Source: Candidatus Latescibacterota bacterium (GTDB lineage: Bacteria; Latescibacterota; UBA2968). Taken from it: a stretch of DNA of 64,000 nt. How positions within the stretch are numbered: position 1 is the first letter of the stretch; the number at the start of each line of letters is the position of its first letter. The stretch covers positions 128,001-192,000 of the forward strand of contig OZ242195.1 in the NCBI GenBank assembly GCA_965205975.1. Direction: 5' to 3'. The notes beneath the pieces were generated by a model, which saw only the letters and a list, made by a program, of their open reading frames with translations, did not search any database and was not told where the DNA came from. The position numbers and the translations under genes are program-made. Shown piece by piece: positions 49,849-61,935 of this stretch.

Positions 49849-51063
49849 GTGACTCCTATCTGCACTGCCTGGCAGACTTCAGTAGAGGAGGAGGCTTACT
49901 GGCAGTCGATTCGCAAGCAGTACATGATTGCGCCAGATGAAGTTTATCTCAATACTGGCTCTTTTGGTTCGCAGCCCAGGCCCGTGTTTGAGAAGATGCT
50001 GGAAATATTGGAGGATGTTGAACGCAATCCTACGCGACATCGGGCGGAATACAACAGCGTTGTAGATAACTCTCGTGCCCACCTGGCAGCGTTTGTCAAT
50101 GCGCCGGCAGAGGATATTGCTTTTGCCACCAATGTCACTATGGCTATCAACATGGTTGTGCATGGTCTGGATTGGCGGCCAGGCGATGAAATTCTGGCTT
50201 CAAATCAGGAATACGGCGCGATTGACAACTGTCTGCATCTGGCTGAACGCCGCTATGGCGTGGTGGTCAAGCGTGCCGAAATTCCCATTCCTCCCGAACA
50301 TCCCGAAGATATTCTGAACGCTTTTGAGGCTGAATTTACAGATCGTACAAGGCTGGTTTTTTGCAGCCATATTACCACTCGTACTGGTTTGATCACTCCG
50401 ATTAAAGCGCTGACCCGACTGGTACACGACCGCGGTGCGCTAATTGCAGTAGATGGCGCGCATGCCCCGGGGATGATCCCGCTGGATCTGCAGGACCTCG
50501 GTTGCGATTTTTACGGCGGCAACTGTCACAAATGGCTCTGTGCACCCAAAGGCACTGGTTTGCTTTATGCATCATCTTCAATGCAAGAGCGACTCAATCA
50601 CGTCGTTGTGAGTTGGGGATATAGCCAAGAAGGCGCGAAGAGAGGGGCAGACGGCATTCTGCGTATCAATGACCGTCCGTTTATGTGGGGGATTGAGAAC
50701 TGGGGCACCCGAGATCAGGCGTGTTTTGCGGCTGTAGGGGCAGCGGTTGAATTTCAAGAGGCGGTTGGCAAAGATCGGATTCGAGAACGGGGGCAACAAC
50801 TGGCGGCGTACCTGCGAGGTCGTTTGGCTGCAACTGGCTGGGCAAAACAGCTCACGCCTTCCGTGCCAGCTCTATCCGGATCGATCTCGGCTTTCCATCT
50901 TTCTGGATTCGACGATCTGGATCTTTATGAGCGATACCGGATCACTGTGCCGACTGCAAAGAGCGATGATGTTTACTGGATCCGCGTTTCTACCCATATT
51001 TGCAATGGCTTTGACCATGTAGATCGTCTGATAGATGCTTTACGCGAAGAGAGAAATGCCTGA
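49849..51063 (+). CDS. Class V PLP enzyme (isopenicillin-N epimerase/cysteine lyase-like)
   Basis: YLNTGSFG, QEYGA, SHIT..TG, VDGAHAPG, NCHKWLCAPKG, GTRD; GTG 49849 after GGAGG. Confidence 0.88.
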   Translation: MTPICTAWQTSVEEEAYWQSIRKQYMIAPDEVYLNTGSFGSQPRPVFEKMLEILEDVERNPTRHRAEYNSVVDNSRAHLAAFVNAPAEDIAFATNVTMAINMVVHGLDWRPGDEILASNQEYGAIDNCLHLAERRYGVVVKRAEIPIPPEHPEDILNAFEAEFTDRTRLVFCSHITTRTGLITPIKALTRLVHDRGALIAVDGAHAPGMIPLDLQDLGCDFYGGNCHKWLCAPKGTGLLYASSSMQERLNHVVVSWGYSQEGAKRGADGILRINDRPFMWGIENWGTRDQACFAAVGAAVEFQEAVGKDRIRERGQQLAAYLRGRLAATGWAKQLTPSVPALSGSISAFHLSGFDDLDLYERYRITVPTAKSDDVYWIRVSTHICNGFDHVDRLIDALREERNA

Positions 51064-51075
51064 ATTGTTTTGTGT

Positions 51076-52869
51076 TTAAGAATTTACCTCGCGGAATCCT
51101 TTGGGCAAATCTTCTCCTTTCACAAGTGCGGCCTTCAATGCGCGTGAGTGCTGACAATTTCCTCTGTATTGAAATCCGCGGCAGGCACAGGACACGTCGT
51201 TTCCATCTACTTCTAATTCGTAAAAAGCCCCCGGTCGTGACGAACTTTCCGCGCGATACTTTGCAATTTTGGGTCCACTCAATACTCGTGCCAAAATCTC
51301 AATAGCTTCTTGAGATGGTTGTTGTCGTTCAACTGGTTTACCTGTGCCAAATGCCTCTGCGTGCGTTTCCCGAAAGGCCGCGCTTGCCTCGCGCAATACA
51401 TCGCCCATTTTCGTCCCGTCCATATTTGCAGATAAAGCATCTACTCCGGGTTGCAATACATCCATAATGCGTCGCATTTCACCCATCACGTCACGATGGA
51501 AATCTTCGGGTAGCGCGCTGCCTTCCACCATCTGATCGATCAAATTCGCTTTTGTTTCCAATACTGTGCGCACAAATGTATCAACTGTATCGCGTCCAAC
51601 CATGTACGTCACATTTACCGTACCGGTCTGACCAATGCGATAAGCCCGGTCTTCGGCTTGCCAGTGATTAACCGGTACCCAGTCCAGGTCGTTAAAAATG
51701 ACCTGGCGAGCTGCTGTCAGGTTTAGCCCCACGCCGCCTGCTGTGATATTTGCCAGTAATAATCGCACGTCATCGTCTTCCTGAAACCGATCCGCCCTTT
51801 CTTGCCGTTGTGCTACCGGCACTTCACCTGTAATGACCACGGCCTGGTCGCCAAATTTTGTTTTTAAAATTTCCAGTGGGCGCAAGAAGCACGAAAATAC
51901 TATCGCTTTTTCTCCTTGATCCACCACATTTTCTACAAAGGGCAATGTCGTTCGCACTTTGGATGTCGCCAGGCGAAGCCTTGCTCTTGTCAACTGTCCC
52001 AGCGCCTGCCCCCGTTCTTCAGATGAAGGGGATTCTTCTAAAGTCTCTCGCACTCCTCGTCGAGAATATTTCCGCAGGAGATCCAGAACGGCTGTGCTCA
52101 TTCGATGTGCGACCCGACTCGATACATCCACATCTAACCACGTCCGTATTTTGGGTGGCAAATCCAGGACCTGATTCTTTGTCCGCCGCAGCATTATTCC
52201 GTGCAAATGTACGGTTAATTCTTCGATATTACTCGCGCCATCTGTTATCCAGCCATATTCCCCCTTATGCGCATCGCAATACCGTTTTGCAAACCCCATA
52301 AAGCTGCGTCCCAGAGCGTGTCGAGCAAGTTGTAGCAATGGGAATAGATCTCTTGGCCGACTCGTCAGGGGGGTGCCTGTCAAGATATGCACCACTGTTT
52401 CTTCGGGTAATTGCTTTACCAGTTGCATGGAAAATTTGTGCCGCTGACTGCGGTGGTTTTTCAAATAATGCGCCTCGTCAAAGACAACGCCTTTCCAGTC
52501 CAGCGCGCATAATGTATTGATGTGCTTGCCCAGGATATCGTAATTGACAATCGCCCAGCCTTTAAACCCCGACCCGGGTGGATCGTCCGGTCCAATAATC
52601 CATGTCTGTACACGCGGTAGAACAACCGCAATTTCTCTCGCCCAATTGCGTTTTACTGTTGCCGGACAAATCACCAGATACGGTCCTTTGGGTTCGGTTT
52701 GTGACATGGCAATCACGGACTGCCGCGTTTTGCCCAGTCCCATGTCATCGGCTAAGATCGATCGCCGCCGCCCCATCAAAAACGCGATGCCCTCTACTTG
52801 ATGTGGATAAAGTCCTTTGGCGATATCTGTTGCACGGTTGAGTATTGCTGTATCGAATGTTTCTGCCAT
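51076..52869 (-). CDS. SNF2-family helicase (SMARCAL1/HARP-like core) with C-terminal SWIM zinc finger
   Basis: LADDMGLGKT, DEAH, LTGTP, GGVGLNLT, QAEDRAYRIGQ; C-terminal CAC......CQH. Confidence 0.92.
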   Translation of the reverse strand: MAETFDTAILNRATDIAKGLYPHQVEGIAFLMGRRRSILADDMGLGKTRQSVIAMSQTEPKGPYLVICPATVKRNWAREIAVVLPRVQTWIIGPDDPPGSGFKGWAIVNYDILGKHINTLCALDWKGVVFDEAHYLKNHRSQRHKFSMQLVKQLPEETVVHILTGTPLTSRPRDLFPLLQLARHALGRSFMGFAKRYCDAHKGEYGWITDGASNIEELTVHLHGIMLRRTKNQVLDLPPKIRTWLDVDVSSRVAHRMSTAVLDLLRKYSRRGVRETLEESPSSEERGQALGQLTRARLRLATSKVRTTLPFVENVVDQGEKAIVFSCFLRPLEILKTKFGDQAVVITGEVPVAQRQERADRFQEDDDVRLLLANITAGGVGLNLTAARQVIFNDLDWVPVNHWQAEDRAYRIGQTGTVNVTYMVGRDTVDTFVRTVLETKANLIDQMVEGSALPEDFHRDVMGEMRRIMDVLQPGVDALSANMDGTKMGDVLREASAAFRETHAEAFGTGKPVERQQPSQEAIEILARVLSGPKIAKYRAESSSRPGAFYELEVDGNDVSCACRGFQYRGNCQHSRALKAALVKGEDLPKGFREVNS

Positions 52870-52968
52870 AGAGATGACCGGTTTAGTGAATTTAGTTGCT
52901 TTTAATAGAAGTCTTTTCTTTTTTAAATATAGTTTATACTTTGCTTTTTGCAATCGGCAAACTATTAA

Positions 52969-54468
<1,500 letters not shown>

Positions 54469-54491
54469 GCTGTCTGTTTTACGTACATGAC

Positions 54492-54529
54492 AAAGCGCTG
54501 TGCAGAATGACCTGCACAGCGCTTTTTTT
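54492..54529 (+). terminator. Intrinsic terminator between ilvC and RND gene
   Basis: AAAGCGCTGTGCAG-loop-CTGCACAGCGCTTT followed by a T run. Confidence 0.85.
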
Positions 54530-54542
54530 AATGTTGAAGCGT

Positions 54543-57500
54543 TCAGGCTCTTTTTGCCACGGCCACAATCCGCTTTGTATATCCCGACAGGTCATCCATG
54601 AGCGAATATATGGTGGGCAGGATGACGAGGGTGAGGATAGTAGAGATCGAGAGGCCAGAGATAATGACCAGACCAATTGGGCCCCAACGCCTGGCATTGC
54701 CTTCGACGTTGCCGTAAATCATCGGAATAACCAGCGGCGTAAGCCCCAGAATGGTCGTGGTTGCGGTCATCAAAATGGGACGCAGGCGGTCCTGTCCGCC
54801 GCGCAAGATCGCATCTCTTCGATATAGCCCCTGCTTGCGATAGCGATTGATGTGGTCGATTAATACAATGCCGTTGTTGACCACAATGCCAAATAAAATG
54901 AGTAGCCCATAGGTCGCATTGCTGTCCAGCGCAATGCCGAATATGTAAAGTCCCAATGCGACGCCTATAAACGCGAAGCTGATAGAAAACATGATGGTAA
55001 ATGGATGGACATAAGATTCAAATAGGGAAGCCATGATCAGATAAATGAGCAAGGCAGCGAAGATCATGGTGAAATTTGTTTCGCCCTCTTCTGAAGCCAT
55101 ATAGCGGAATCGTCGATCCATCTGCCAACTATACCCCTGGGGCAATGGGATGGCATCCATGCGGTCGCGCATTTCATAACCGACCGCTTGGACTTCCGAT
55201 GCTTCCGTATTTGCGAACACGGTTACTGTTGACATCCGATCCTGACGTTCGATGGATTGGGGACCTTTGGTTAATTCAAAATCGGCCAGGCTGGCAAATG
55301 CAATCATAGTACCCCGGTTGTTTTCAAACGAGAGGGTTTTGAGCTGGTCCAGCGTGGCGCGGTCCTCTTCTCGCAGTTGCAGCGCGATATCGATTTCTCC
55401 ATCCGGCGTTTTGAATTTGCTATTTCCGCGTGCTCCCAATGCCGTGGCAACAGTTGAAGCTATTTGCTGAGGTGAAAGGCCGTATTGTTGCGCGCGTTCT
55501 CTCCTCACCGAGACCCTGATTTCTTCTGTGCCACTTTCCAGGCTGGTTTCCACGTCGTGAATGCCCTCAATATCGTCCATTCGCAGCCGGATATCTTCGG
55601 CTAAAATCGCCAGCACTTCGGGATTTCGCCCTTTGATTTCTACCCCGACGCCCGTGCCACTGCTGCCACCTCGCTGGAAGCCCGCCTTAAAACGCACGCC
55701 AGGGATGTCTTTGGGCAGCAAAGCACTTACCCGTTTTTTCACATCGTCTGTGCTAAGTGGGCTTTCTTCGACGGGTTTTAAGTACAGATAAATCCTATTG
55801 CCTCGCCGAGTGCTATATCGCGTTTTCATGGCTTCGATATCCAGTTCTTCCTTGTGTGGGAGAATAACGGTTTCAACCTGTTTGAATAGCGCGAGTGCGT
55901 CGTCAATATCGTATGTCCGCGGCATTTCCACTACATAGCCCACCATTCGGTCGGGTTGGTAACGATAGCGCTGTACTTCAATTTTGGTAAAGATGTATAT
56001 GCCGCCAAAGAGGATAAATGTCGCAACGACAACGGTGGTCCAGCGATAGTGCAGCGTGGTGCTGATTACGCGCGTGTAAACGCCTTTGAGGCCGAGATGC
56101 CGAAACCGGAAATAGAGATAGCCGATTGTGGCGACAAATACGCCCAGCGCGACCCAGGCCAATATTGGCACGGTTGAAAGCCCGCCCAAAATCCACAGCG
56201 TATTGTCTTTGAGCCAGGTGGCCGATTCGATAATGCCCTCCTGGTAAATGAGATACGCCGCGCCTGCGGCAAACAAAGTACCCAATCCAATTTTTAAAAA
56301 GAGATCAACTCGGGTACCCGCATTTGAAAATGCCCGGGAGCAGGCCAGCGGTATGAGTGTTAAAGCCACGCATAGTGCCGCTACGACTGCAATACATACG
56401 GTGATGGCAAAATCGCGCATCCACATTGTATTGTACGAGCCAGAAATAAAGATGAGGGGTACAAATACGCATATTGTCGTCAGTGCCGCCGCCAGTACGG
56501 GTATGCCGATTTCGCGGCTGCCTTCAATCGCTGCGGTTCTCGTGCCATCGCCTACATCAAAACGCCTGCGATAAATATTTTCCAGTGCCACGACCGCTGG
56601 ATCGACCAGCATTCCAATGGCGACCATCAGACCCATCATCGAGATCATGTTCAGCGTGATAGTCGAGCCAAATACTTGCCGCATTAGATACATGATCATA
56701 AAAACGCACAATACCGAAATGGGAATGGCGGATCCCACAATGAGCGTGCTGCGGAAGTTTCGCAAAAAAATAAAAATGATGCCAATAGCGAGCATGCCTC
56801 CCAGCATGGCGGATTGCCCCAGACTGGCGATGCCCCTTACCACGGCTTCTGATTGGTCTCGGCGCAAGTGCAATCGCAATTTGTCGCGCCCAATTTCATC
56901 TTGTAGAGCTTCTAACTCTGCCCGGACCAATCGGCAGGTTTCTACCAGATTGGCAGTCGAGGTTTTGCGAATTTCCATAGAGACCACATCGCGCCCGTCC
57001 ATGCGTTCAAAATATCGCTTTTCCGGATAGTCGTAACTCACTTTTGCCACATCTTTTATTTCCAGACCATTGGGAAGTGTGAGATCGCGTATTTGATCCA
57101 CTTCGTCAAATTCGCCTACTGCCCGAACGGCGAGGCGTTTGTCGCCTTCAGTGACATAACCGCCAGAAATGTTGATGTTGTTGGAGCGTATTGTTCTGTT
57201 GAGGGTGCGAATGTCCAGGCCATGGGCGTGCATGCGATTTTTATCGACATCGACTCTGAGTATTCTTTCATCGGCGCCTTCCATTTCGACATTGCCCACC
57301 CCGGGGATGCGTTGCAAGCGCGGCACGATCGTATTTTTATACACTGTGGCGAGTTCGGATTGATTATCGCCCAGCCAGACCATATTGTAGTCCAGAATTT
57401 CCCAATCAGACGAGTCCCATCTGCGCATCTCAATGCGTTCGAGGTCTTCAGGGAGTTGGTTCCGAACTTGATCGACGCGATCCCGAACCTGAATAGATTT

Positions 57501-57809
57501 GAGATCCATGTCGGTACCGTAGTCAAATTCGATGTACACATAACCCCGACTGCCATAGGATCGCGCGCGGAGTGATTCAACGCCGGGAATCGTGCCCAGT
57601 ATCTCTTCGATTGGCTTGGTAATTTTCTTTTCGATTTCTTCGGGAGATGACGAGGGATATGAAAAGCTCACATACATCCTGGGATACTGTAAGTCGGGTG
57701 CGTATTCGAGGGGCAATCTGAATAGGGAAATGAATCCCATGACTATGAGACTGAGCGCTACCATTACAGCAGTAATGGGTTTTTTAATCGCGTATTCCGA
57801 GAGTTTCAT
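54543..57809 (-). CDS. RND (AcrB/AcrD/AcrF family) transporter permease
   Basis: SSPEEIE..ITKPIE, GMLVD.AVV.LENI, GIVVNNGIVLID, RLRPILMT. Confidence 0.95.
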   Translation of the reverse strand: MKLSEYAIKKPITAVMVALSLIVMGFISLFRLPLEYAPDLQYPRMYVSFSYPSSSPEEIEKKITKPIEEILGTIPGVESLRARSYGSRGYVYIEFDYGTDMDLKSIQVRDRVDQVRNQLPEDLERIEMRRWDSSDWEILDYNMVWLGDNQSELATVYKNTIVPRLQRIPGVGNVEMEGADERILRVDVDKNRMHAHGLDIRTLNRTIRSNNINISGGYVTEGDKRLAVRAVGEFDEVDQIRDLTLPNGLEIKDVAKVSYDYPEKRYFERMDGRDVVSMEIRKTSTANLVETCRLVRAELEALQDEIGRDKLRLHLRRDQSEAVVRGIASLGQSAMLGGMLAIGIIFIFLRNFRSTLIVGSAIPISVLCVFMIMYLMRQVFGSTITLNMISMMGLMVAIGMLVDPAVVALENIYRRRFDVGDGTRTAAIEGSREIGIPVLAAALTTICVFVPLIFISGSYNTMWMRDFAITVCIAVVAALCVALTLIPLACSRAFSNAGTRVDLFLKIGLGTLFAAGAAYLIYQEGIIESATWLKDNTLWILGGLSTVPILAWVALGVFVATIGYLYFRFRHLGLKGVYTRVISTTLHYRWTTVVVATFILFGGIYIFTKIEVQRYRYQPDRMVGYVVEMPRTYDIDDALALFKQVETVILPHKEELDIEAMKTRYSTRRGNRIYLYLKPVEESPLSTDDVKKRVSALLPKDIPGVRFKAGFQRGGSSGTGVGVEIKGRNPEVLAILAEDIRLRMDDIEGIHDVETSLESGTEEIRVSVRRERAQQYGLSPQQIASTVATALGARGNSKFKTPDGEIDIALQLREEDRATLDQLKTLSFENNRGTMIAFASLADFELTKGPQSIERQDRMSTVTVFANTEASEVQAVGYEMRDRMDAIPLPQGYSWQMDRRFRYMASEEGETNFTMIFAALLIYLIMASLFESYVHPFTIMFSISFAFIGVALGLYIFGIALDSNATYGLLILFGIVVNNGIVLIDHINRYRKQGLYRRDAILRGGQDRLRPILMTATTTILGLTPLVIPMIYGNVEGNARRWGPIGLVIISGLSISTILTLVILPTIYSLMDDLSGYTKRIVAVAKRA

Positions 57810-58065
57810 AAACAGACCTCAAAAAGATAAAAGTTGAAGTAAGAAGTGAGACGCGAATCTCAGTGTCATCCATCAGCAGCTAAGACGAATTTTGCTAAGT
57901 AACCATTTACTTACTTATGGATAATATACAACATTTCATCACAAAAGCAACCGCAGTTTTTTAAAAATTTCACCATTACAGAAAAGACTTGCAAATTTGT
58001 TTCAATAGATATTTCATGCTGAAGTCTGGGCATAATCACACATTTACTTTCTAAAGGAGACTCCA

Positions 58066-58947
58066 ATGGGCAATCGGGTCAATCGCGCAGTTGAGTTGCT
58101 TTCAGAAGATCAACCGATCTATTATACAGGGGCACATACAGGGCATGTGCTTACGTTTGAACAGGGACAGAATGACGCCAGTACCTGGGCGGATTATATC
58201 AATGTGGGTATGGAACACGGGGCTTTTAATCTGGGAGGGCTTGACGACTATATGCGCGGTCTGGTCAGCGGGGGACCTACAAATAGCGGGCACAGGACGC
58301 CCGCTGTTATTGTTGAAGCTCCTGTGGAGGGCGCGTCGGAAAATATTGTGCGCTACAATGCCTGGCAATTTCGGCAGATTCTCGCGCGCGGTGTACACGG
58401 CATTTTGCTCTGTCAGGCGGAATCGCCCGATGCGATACGCGCTTTTGTCGAGTCGTGTCGCTATCCCATCAACAAAATCGGTGTTGGCCACGGCCTCAGT
58501 ACAGGTACGCGAGGCGTGGGGTCCGAATCGTCTGCAACAGCGATATGGGGGATTAGCCGCGATGAGTATATTCAGAAGGCAGATCCCTATCCGCTAAATC
58601 CCGATGGCGAACTGTTGCTGGGCATCAAGATTGAGAATGTGCGCGGTGCATCCAATATCGAACAGATTCTCAAGGTGCCCGGTATTGGGTTTGCCGAAAT
58701 GGGTCCGGGCGATTTGAGTATGTCGATGGGGTATTTGCACCGTCCAACGCCTTTTTCTCCCGAAATGCAAGAGGTGAGGGATCGCGTGAAGGCCGCGTGT
58801 GCAGAAAACGGCGTTGCTTTTCTCGAGGGAGGTAGTCCCGAGACGGTTGCCGCAAAAATAGACGAGGGTGTGCGCGTGGTTTCCGGTGGCAGGGAAGAAA
58901 TCGCACGTGTTGGGCGCGAATATTCAGGCCGTCGCATGCCGGTTTAA
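58066..58947 (+). CDS. HpcH/HpaI aldolase/citrate lyase family protein
   Basis: MEHG, RYP, GTRG, IKIEN, GPGDLSMSMG. Confidence 0.88.
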   Translation: MGNRVNRAVELLSEDQPIYYTGAHTGHVLTFEQGQNDASTWADYINVGMEHGAFNLGGLDDYMRGLVSGGPTNSGHRTPAVIVEAPVEGASENIVRYNAWQFRQILARGVHGILLCQAESPDAIRAFVESCRYPINKIGVGHGLSTGTRGVGSESSATAIWGISRDEYIQKADPYPLNPDGELLLGIKIENVRGASNIEQILKVPGIGFAEMGPGDLSMSMGYLHRPTPFSPEMQEVRDRVKAACAENGVAFLEGGSPETVAAKIDEGVRVVSGGREEIARVGREYSGRRMPV

Positions 58948-58950
58948 TAA

Positions 58951-58982
58951 AAAAATAGGGCTGTGCGATGTTTGCACAGCCC
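58951..58982 (-). terminator. Hairpin/terminator between convergent genes
   Basis: GGGCTGTGC-loop-GCACAGCCC next to an A tract. Confidence 0.65.
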
Positions 58983-59005
58983 CGAGTATTCGATTTAATA
59001 CGTGC

Positions 59006-59479
59006 TTAAAATGGATTGCCCTGGCGCGCCAGTTCAAATTTTCGCCAGCCGACTTGTTTGCCATTTTCGAACACTTTTTCCAGTGTGTAAAAGGAGGATG
59101 GGTCGTATTCTCGCCAGACGCCCGTTTTTTTATTTTTTAGGTATAGACCTTCTTCTTTTTTTACACCGTTTCTAAAATAAGATATCCAGTGTCCGTCTAT
59201 TACACCATTTGTCCAGTTGCCTTCTGTTTTTTTCTGTCCGTTGCTGTAAAATGTGATTTCAAGCCCGTCTTGCATGACGCCATTTTTGTATGTGCCCTGC
59301 CCGTGTACGTTGCCCGCGGCATCGTAATATGTCCAAACCCCAGTGCGGGCACCGCTGTCGTATTGCCCTTTTGCCACTACGCGGCCGTATTGTTTTATTT
59401 CCGTCTGTCCTTCAAATAGCGAGGGCATCTGACACCCGGCTGTTAGGATTCCCACGAGAAGAATTGTAATTTTGTTCAT
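59006..59479 (-). CDS. MORN-variant repeat (YwqK-like) lipoprotein
   Basis: Lipobox LTAGC; repeated G.W..Y..NG..K.EG.(W/Y) units. Confidence 0.82.
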   Translation of the reverse strand: MNKITILLVGILTAGCQMPSLFEGQTEIKQYGRVVAKGQYDSGARTGVWTYYDAAGNVHGQGTYKNGVMQDGLEITFYSNGQKKTEGNWTNGVIDGHWISYFRNGVKKEEGLYLKNKKTGVWREYDPSSFYTLEKVFENGKQVGWRKFELARQGNPF

Positions 59480-59712
59480 TTTTTACTCCTGTGTTGTTCT
59501 TTGGATATTTTATGTGATAAACTAATATACAAAACTGTTTTCATAAGGCAAAGACCGAAATGACAAATGATTCATTTAATACTTGTGAGTGTGCATAAAT
59601 TGGACCTGACCTCAACTACAAAGCGATTGCACTCAACGACACCTTTATTGTTACCACCGTCCTCTCATAGTATTTTGTAAACAGTTCGCTTATCGTGGAC
59701 AAAGAGTCCAAT

Positions 59713-60438
59713 ATGTTACTCATTGAACTGGGCCAACGCCTTCGCGCTCAGCGGGAACGCCTTGGCCTCAAGCAAAACGACGTTGCCAATGCCCTGCAGG
59801 TAAGTCCACAGGCCGTTTCCAAGTGGGAAAGGGGTGAAAACGGTCCCGACATTGCTACTCTGGGACCTCTTGCCAGATTGCTCGGCGTTTCGACGGACTG
59901 GCTTTTGGATGCACATGGCGAAAATCAAGATGTTTTTGATGCTACTATCTTTACCTCTACCGTCGTCGGTGCATATCAAAAATCATTACAAATGGAGGCG
60001 CGGGAGTTTGCAGCATGGGCAAATGGTATTTTGTTTCAACTGACCGAAGCTGTTTTGCGCCACGATGGCGTTCCGCTCAGATATATGGGTGACGCATTTT
60101 TGTGTTTTTTTTCCGGTGTTCACCATCAGCTTCGCGCTGCTCAAGCAGCGGCATTTTCCCAGCGGCTCATCAGCGAAGACCTGGTCATTGGTTTGAGCAG
60201 TGGTGAGATTTATTTGGGCGCAATGGGGCATCCCGATTACGCTCATCCCGATGTGACGGGAGAAGTGGTCAACATCGCGTTTATTGTTCGAGAATGGGCA
60301 GAAACAAATGTCCGCAAAGGAATTGCAGCAACGACATCTGTGTCGAACAATCTCGATGAAGTTTTTGATATTTCCCAACCCACAGAAATCAATTTTCGCG
60401 GCATTGAGACGCCCATCTCAATTTGTCAGATCAGATAG
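59713..60438 (+). CDS. XRE-family HTH regulator fused to degenerate class III nucleotide cyclase domain
   Basis: LKQNDVANALQVSPQAVSKWERG..PD HTH; RYMGDAFLCFF, IGLSSGEIYLG, GEVVNIA cyclase-like motifs (alternative GTG start 59695). Confidence 0.85.
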   Translation: MLLIELGQRLRAQRERLGLKQNDVANALQVSPQAVSKWERGENGPDIATLGPLARLLGVSTDWLLDAHGENQDVFDATIFTSTVVGAYQKSLQMEAREFAAWANGILFQLTEAVLRHDGVPLRYMGDAFLCFFSGVHHQLRAAQAAAFSQRLISEDLVIGLSSGEIYLGAMGHPDYAHPDVTGEVVNIAFIVREWAETNVRKGIAATTSVSNNLDEVFDISQPTEINFRGIETPISICQIR

Positions 60439-60483
60439 GGGTGTTCCTTGTCCGCGTGTGCCAACCGAGAGAAAGGATAAAAT

Positions 60484-61935
60484 ATGGCCGATGTAGTGTT
60501 GCCCGATAGCGCGATTGATATTCAAATTCCCGATTATTCGCATCTGCCCTATAAAGTCGCCGATATGTCTCAGGCAGATTTTGGACGAAAAGAGATCACA
60601 ATTGCCGAGCAAGAGATGCCCGGTTTGATGGCTGTGCGCGAAAAATACGCAGATCAGAAACCTCTGAAGGGTGCCCGCATAATGGGTTCGCTTCACATGA
60701 CGATTCAGACCGCTGTGTTGATCGAGTCGCTCAGGGTGTTGGGGGCCGATGTGCGCTGGGCGTCGTGCAATATTTTTTCTACCCAGGACCACGCAGCCGC
60801 CGCTATTGCAGAAACGGGTACGCCGGTTTATGCGTGGAAGGGCGAGTCGCTGGAAGAATATTGGGAATGCACTTTGCAAGCACTCAATTTTGTGGAGGGT
60901 GGACCGACACTTATTGTCGATGATGGAGGAGATGCGACGTTGCTGGTTCACCGGGGGTATCAGGCTGAAGACGATCCTTCGATTCTCGATGAGCCAACCG
61001 ATAATCGCGAATTGGAGATTGTCAATGCCGTGCTGAGGCGGCAACTCGAGCGCGATCCGCGTTTTTGGCACAGTATGGCTGCGGATATTCAGGGCGTGTC
61101 AGAGGAGACTACAACAGGTGTTCACCGCCTGTATCAGATGCGGGATGACGGCACGCTTCTTTTTCCCGCGATCAATGTCAATGATTCGGTGACCAAATCG
61201 AAATTTGATAATCTCTATGGCTGCCGCGAATCGCTTGCCGACGGTATTAAGCGCGCGACGGATGTTATGGTCGCTGGCAAGGTCGTTTGCGTGTGTGGTT
61301 ACGGCGATGTGGGCAAGGGATGTGCCCAATCTATGCGGGGATTTGGCGCGCGTGTGTTGGTGACGGAGATCGATCCGATATGTGCTTTGCAGGCGGCGAT
61401 GGAGGGTTTTGAAGTGACGACTGTGGAGGATGCCCTTTCCGAAGCCAATATTTTTGTTACGACGACGGGAAATACGGATATTATCCGCATTGAGCACATG
61501 GTAAATATGCTCGACCAATCCATTGTGTGCAATATCGGGCATTTTGACAATGAGATTCAGGTCGATAAGCTGGTCGATTATCCGGGTATTGTGCACGAAA
61601 ATATCAAGCCGCAGGTCGATAAATACACGTTTCCAGATGGGCAGGCGATTTTTTTGCTCGCGGAAGGCCGTCTGGTCAATCTCGGTTGTGCAACCGGGCA
61701 TCCTTCTTTTGTGATGTCCAATTCGTTTACCAATCAGGTGCTGGCGCAGATGGATCTGTGGGCACAACAACGCGAAGTCGGCGTTTATACGTTGTCCAAA
61801 CACCTCGACGAGGAGGTTGCGCGCCTTCATCTTGAAAAACTGGGTGTAAAGTTGACCCAACTCACGCAGAAGCAGGCCGATTATATTGGCGTGTCTGTCG
61901 AAGGTCCGTATAAACCCGGTCATTACCGGTATTAA
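60484..61935 (+). CDS. ahcY: Adenosylhomocysteinase
   Basis: [55 protein letters not shown]. Confidence 0.98.
   Translation: MADVVLPDSAIDIQIPDYSHLPYKVADMSQADFGRKEITIAEQEMPGLMAVREKYADQKPLKGARIMGSLHMTIQTAVLIESLRVLGADVRWASCNIFSTQDHAAAAIAETGTPVYAWKGESLEEYWECTLQALNFVEGGPTLIVDDGGDATLLVHRGYQAEDDPSILDEPTDNRELEIVNAVLRRQLERDPRFWHSMAADIQGVSEETTTGVHRLYQMRDDGTLLFPAINVNDSVTKSKFDNLYGCRESLADGIKRATDVMVAGKVVCVCGYGDVGKGCAQSMRGFGARVLVTEIDPICALQAAMEGFEVTTVEDALSEANIFVTTTGNTDIIRIEHMVNMLDQSIVCNIGHFDNEIQVDKLVDYPGIVHENIKPQVDKYTFPDGQAIFLLAEGRLVNLGCATGHPSFVMSNSFTNQVLAQMDLWAQQREVGVYTLSKHLDEEVARLHLEKLGVKLTQLTQKQADYIGVSVEGPYKPGHYRY

Noticed and set aside
59006..59479. Toxin-antitoxin pair (YwqJK)
   Set aside because: Only a MORN-variant lipoprotein; no adjacent toxin gene
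59480..60483. SAH/SAM riboswitch ahead of ahcY
   Set aside because: No recognisable consensus by eye and only 45 bp between regulator and ahcY; an Infernal/Rfam scan would be needed to exclude it fully
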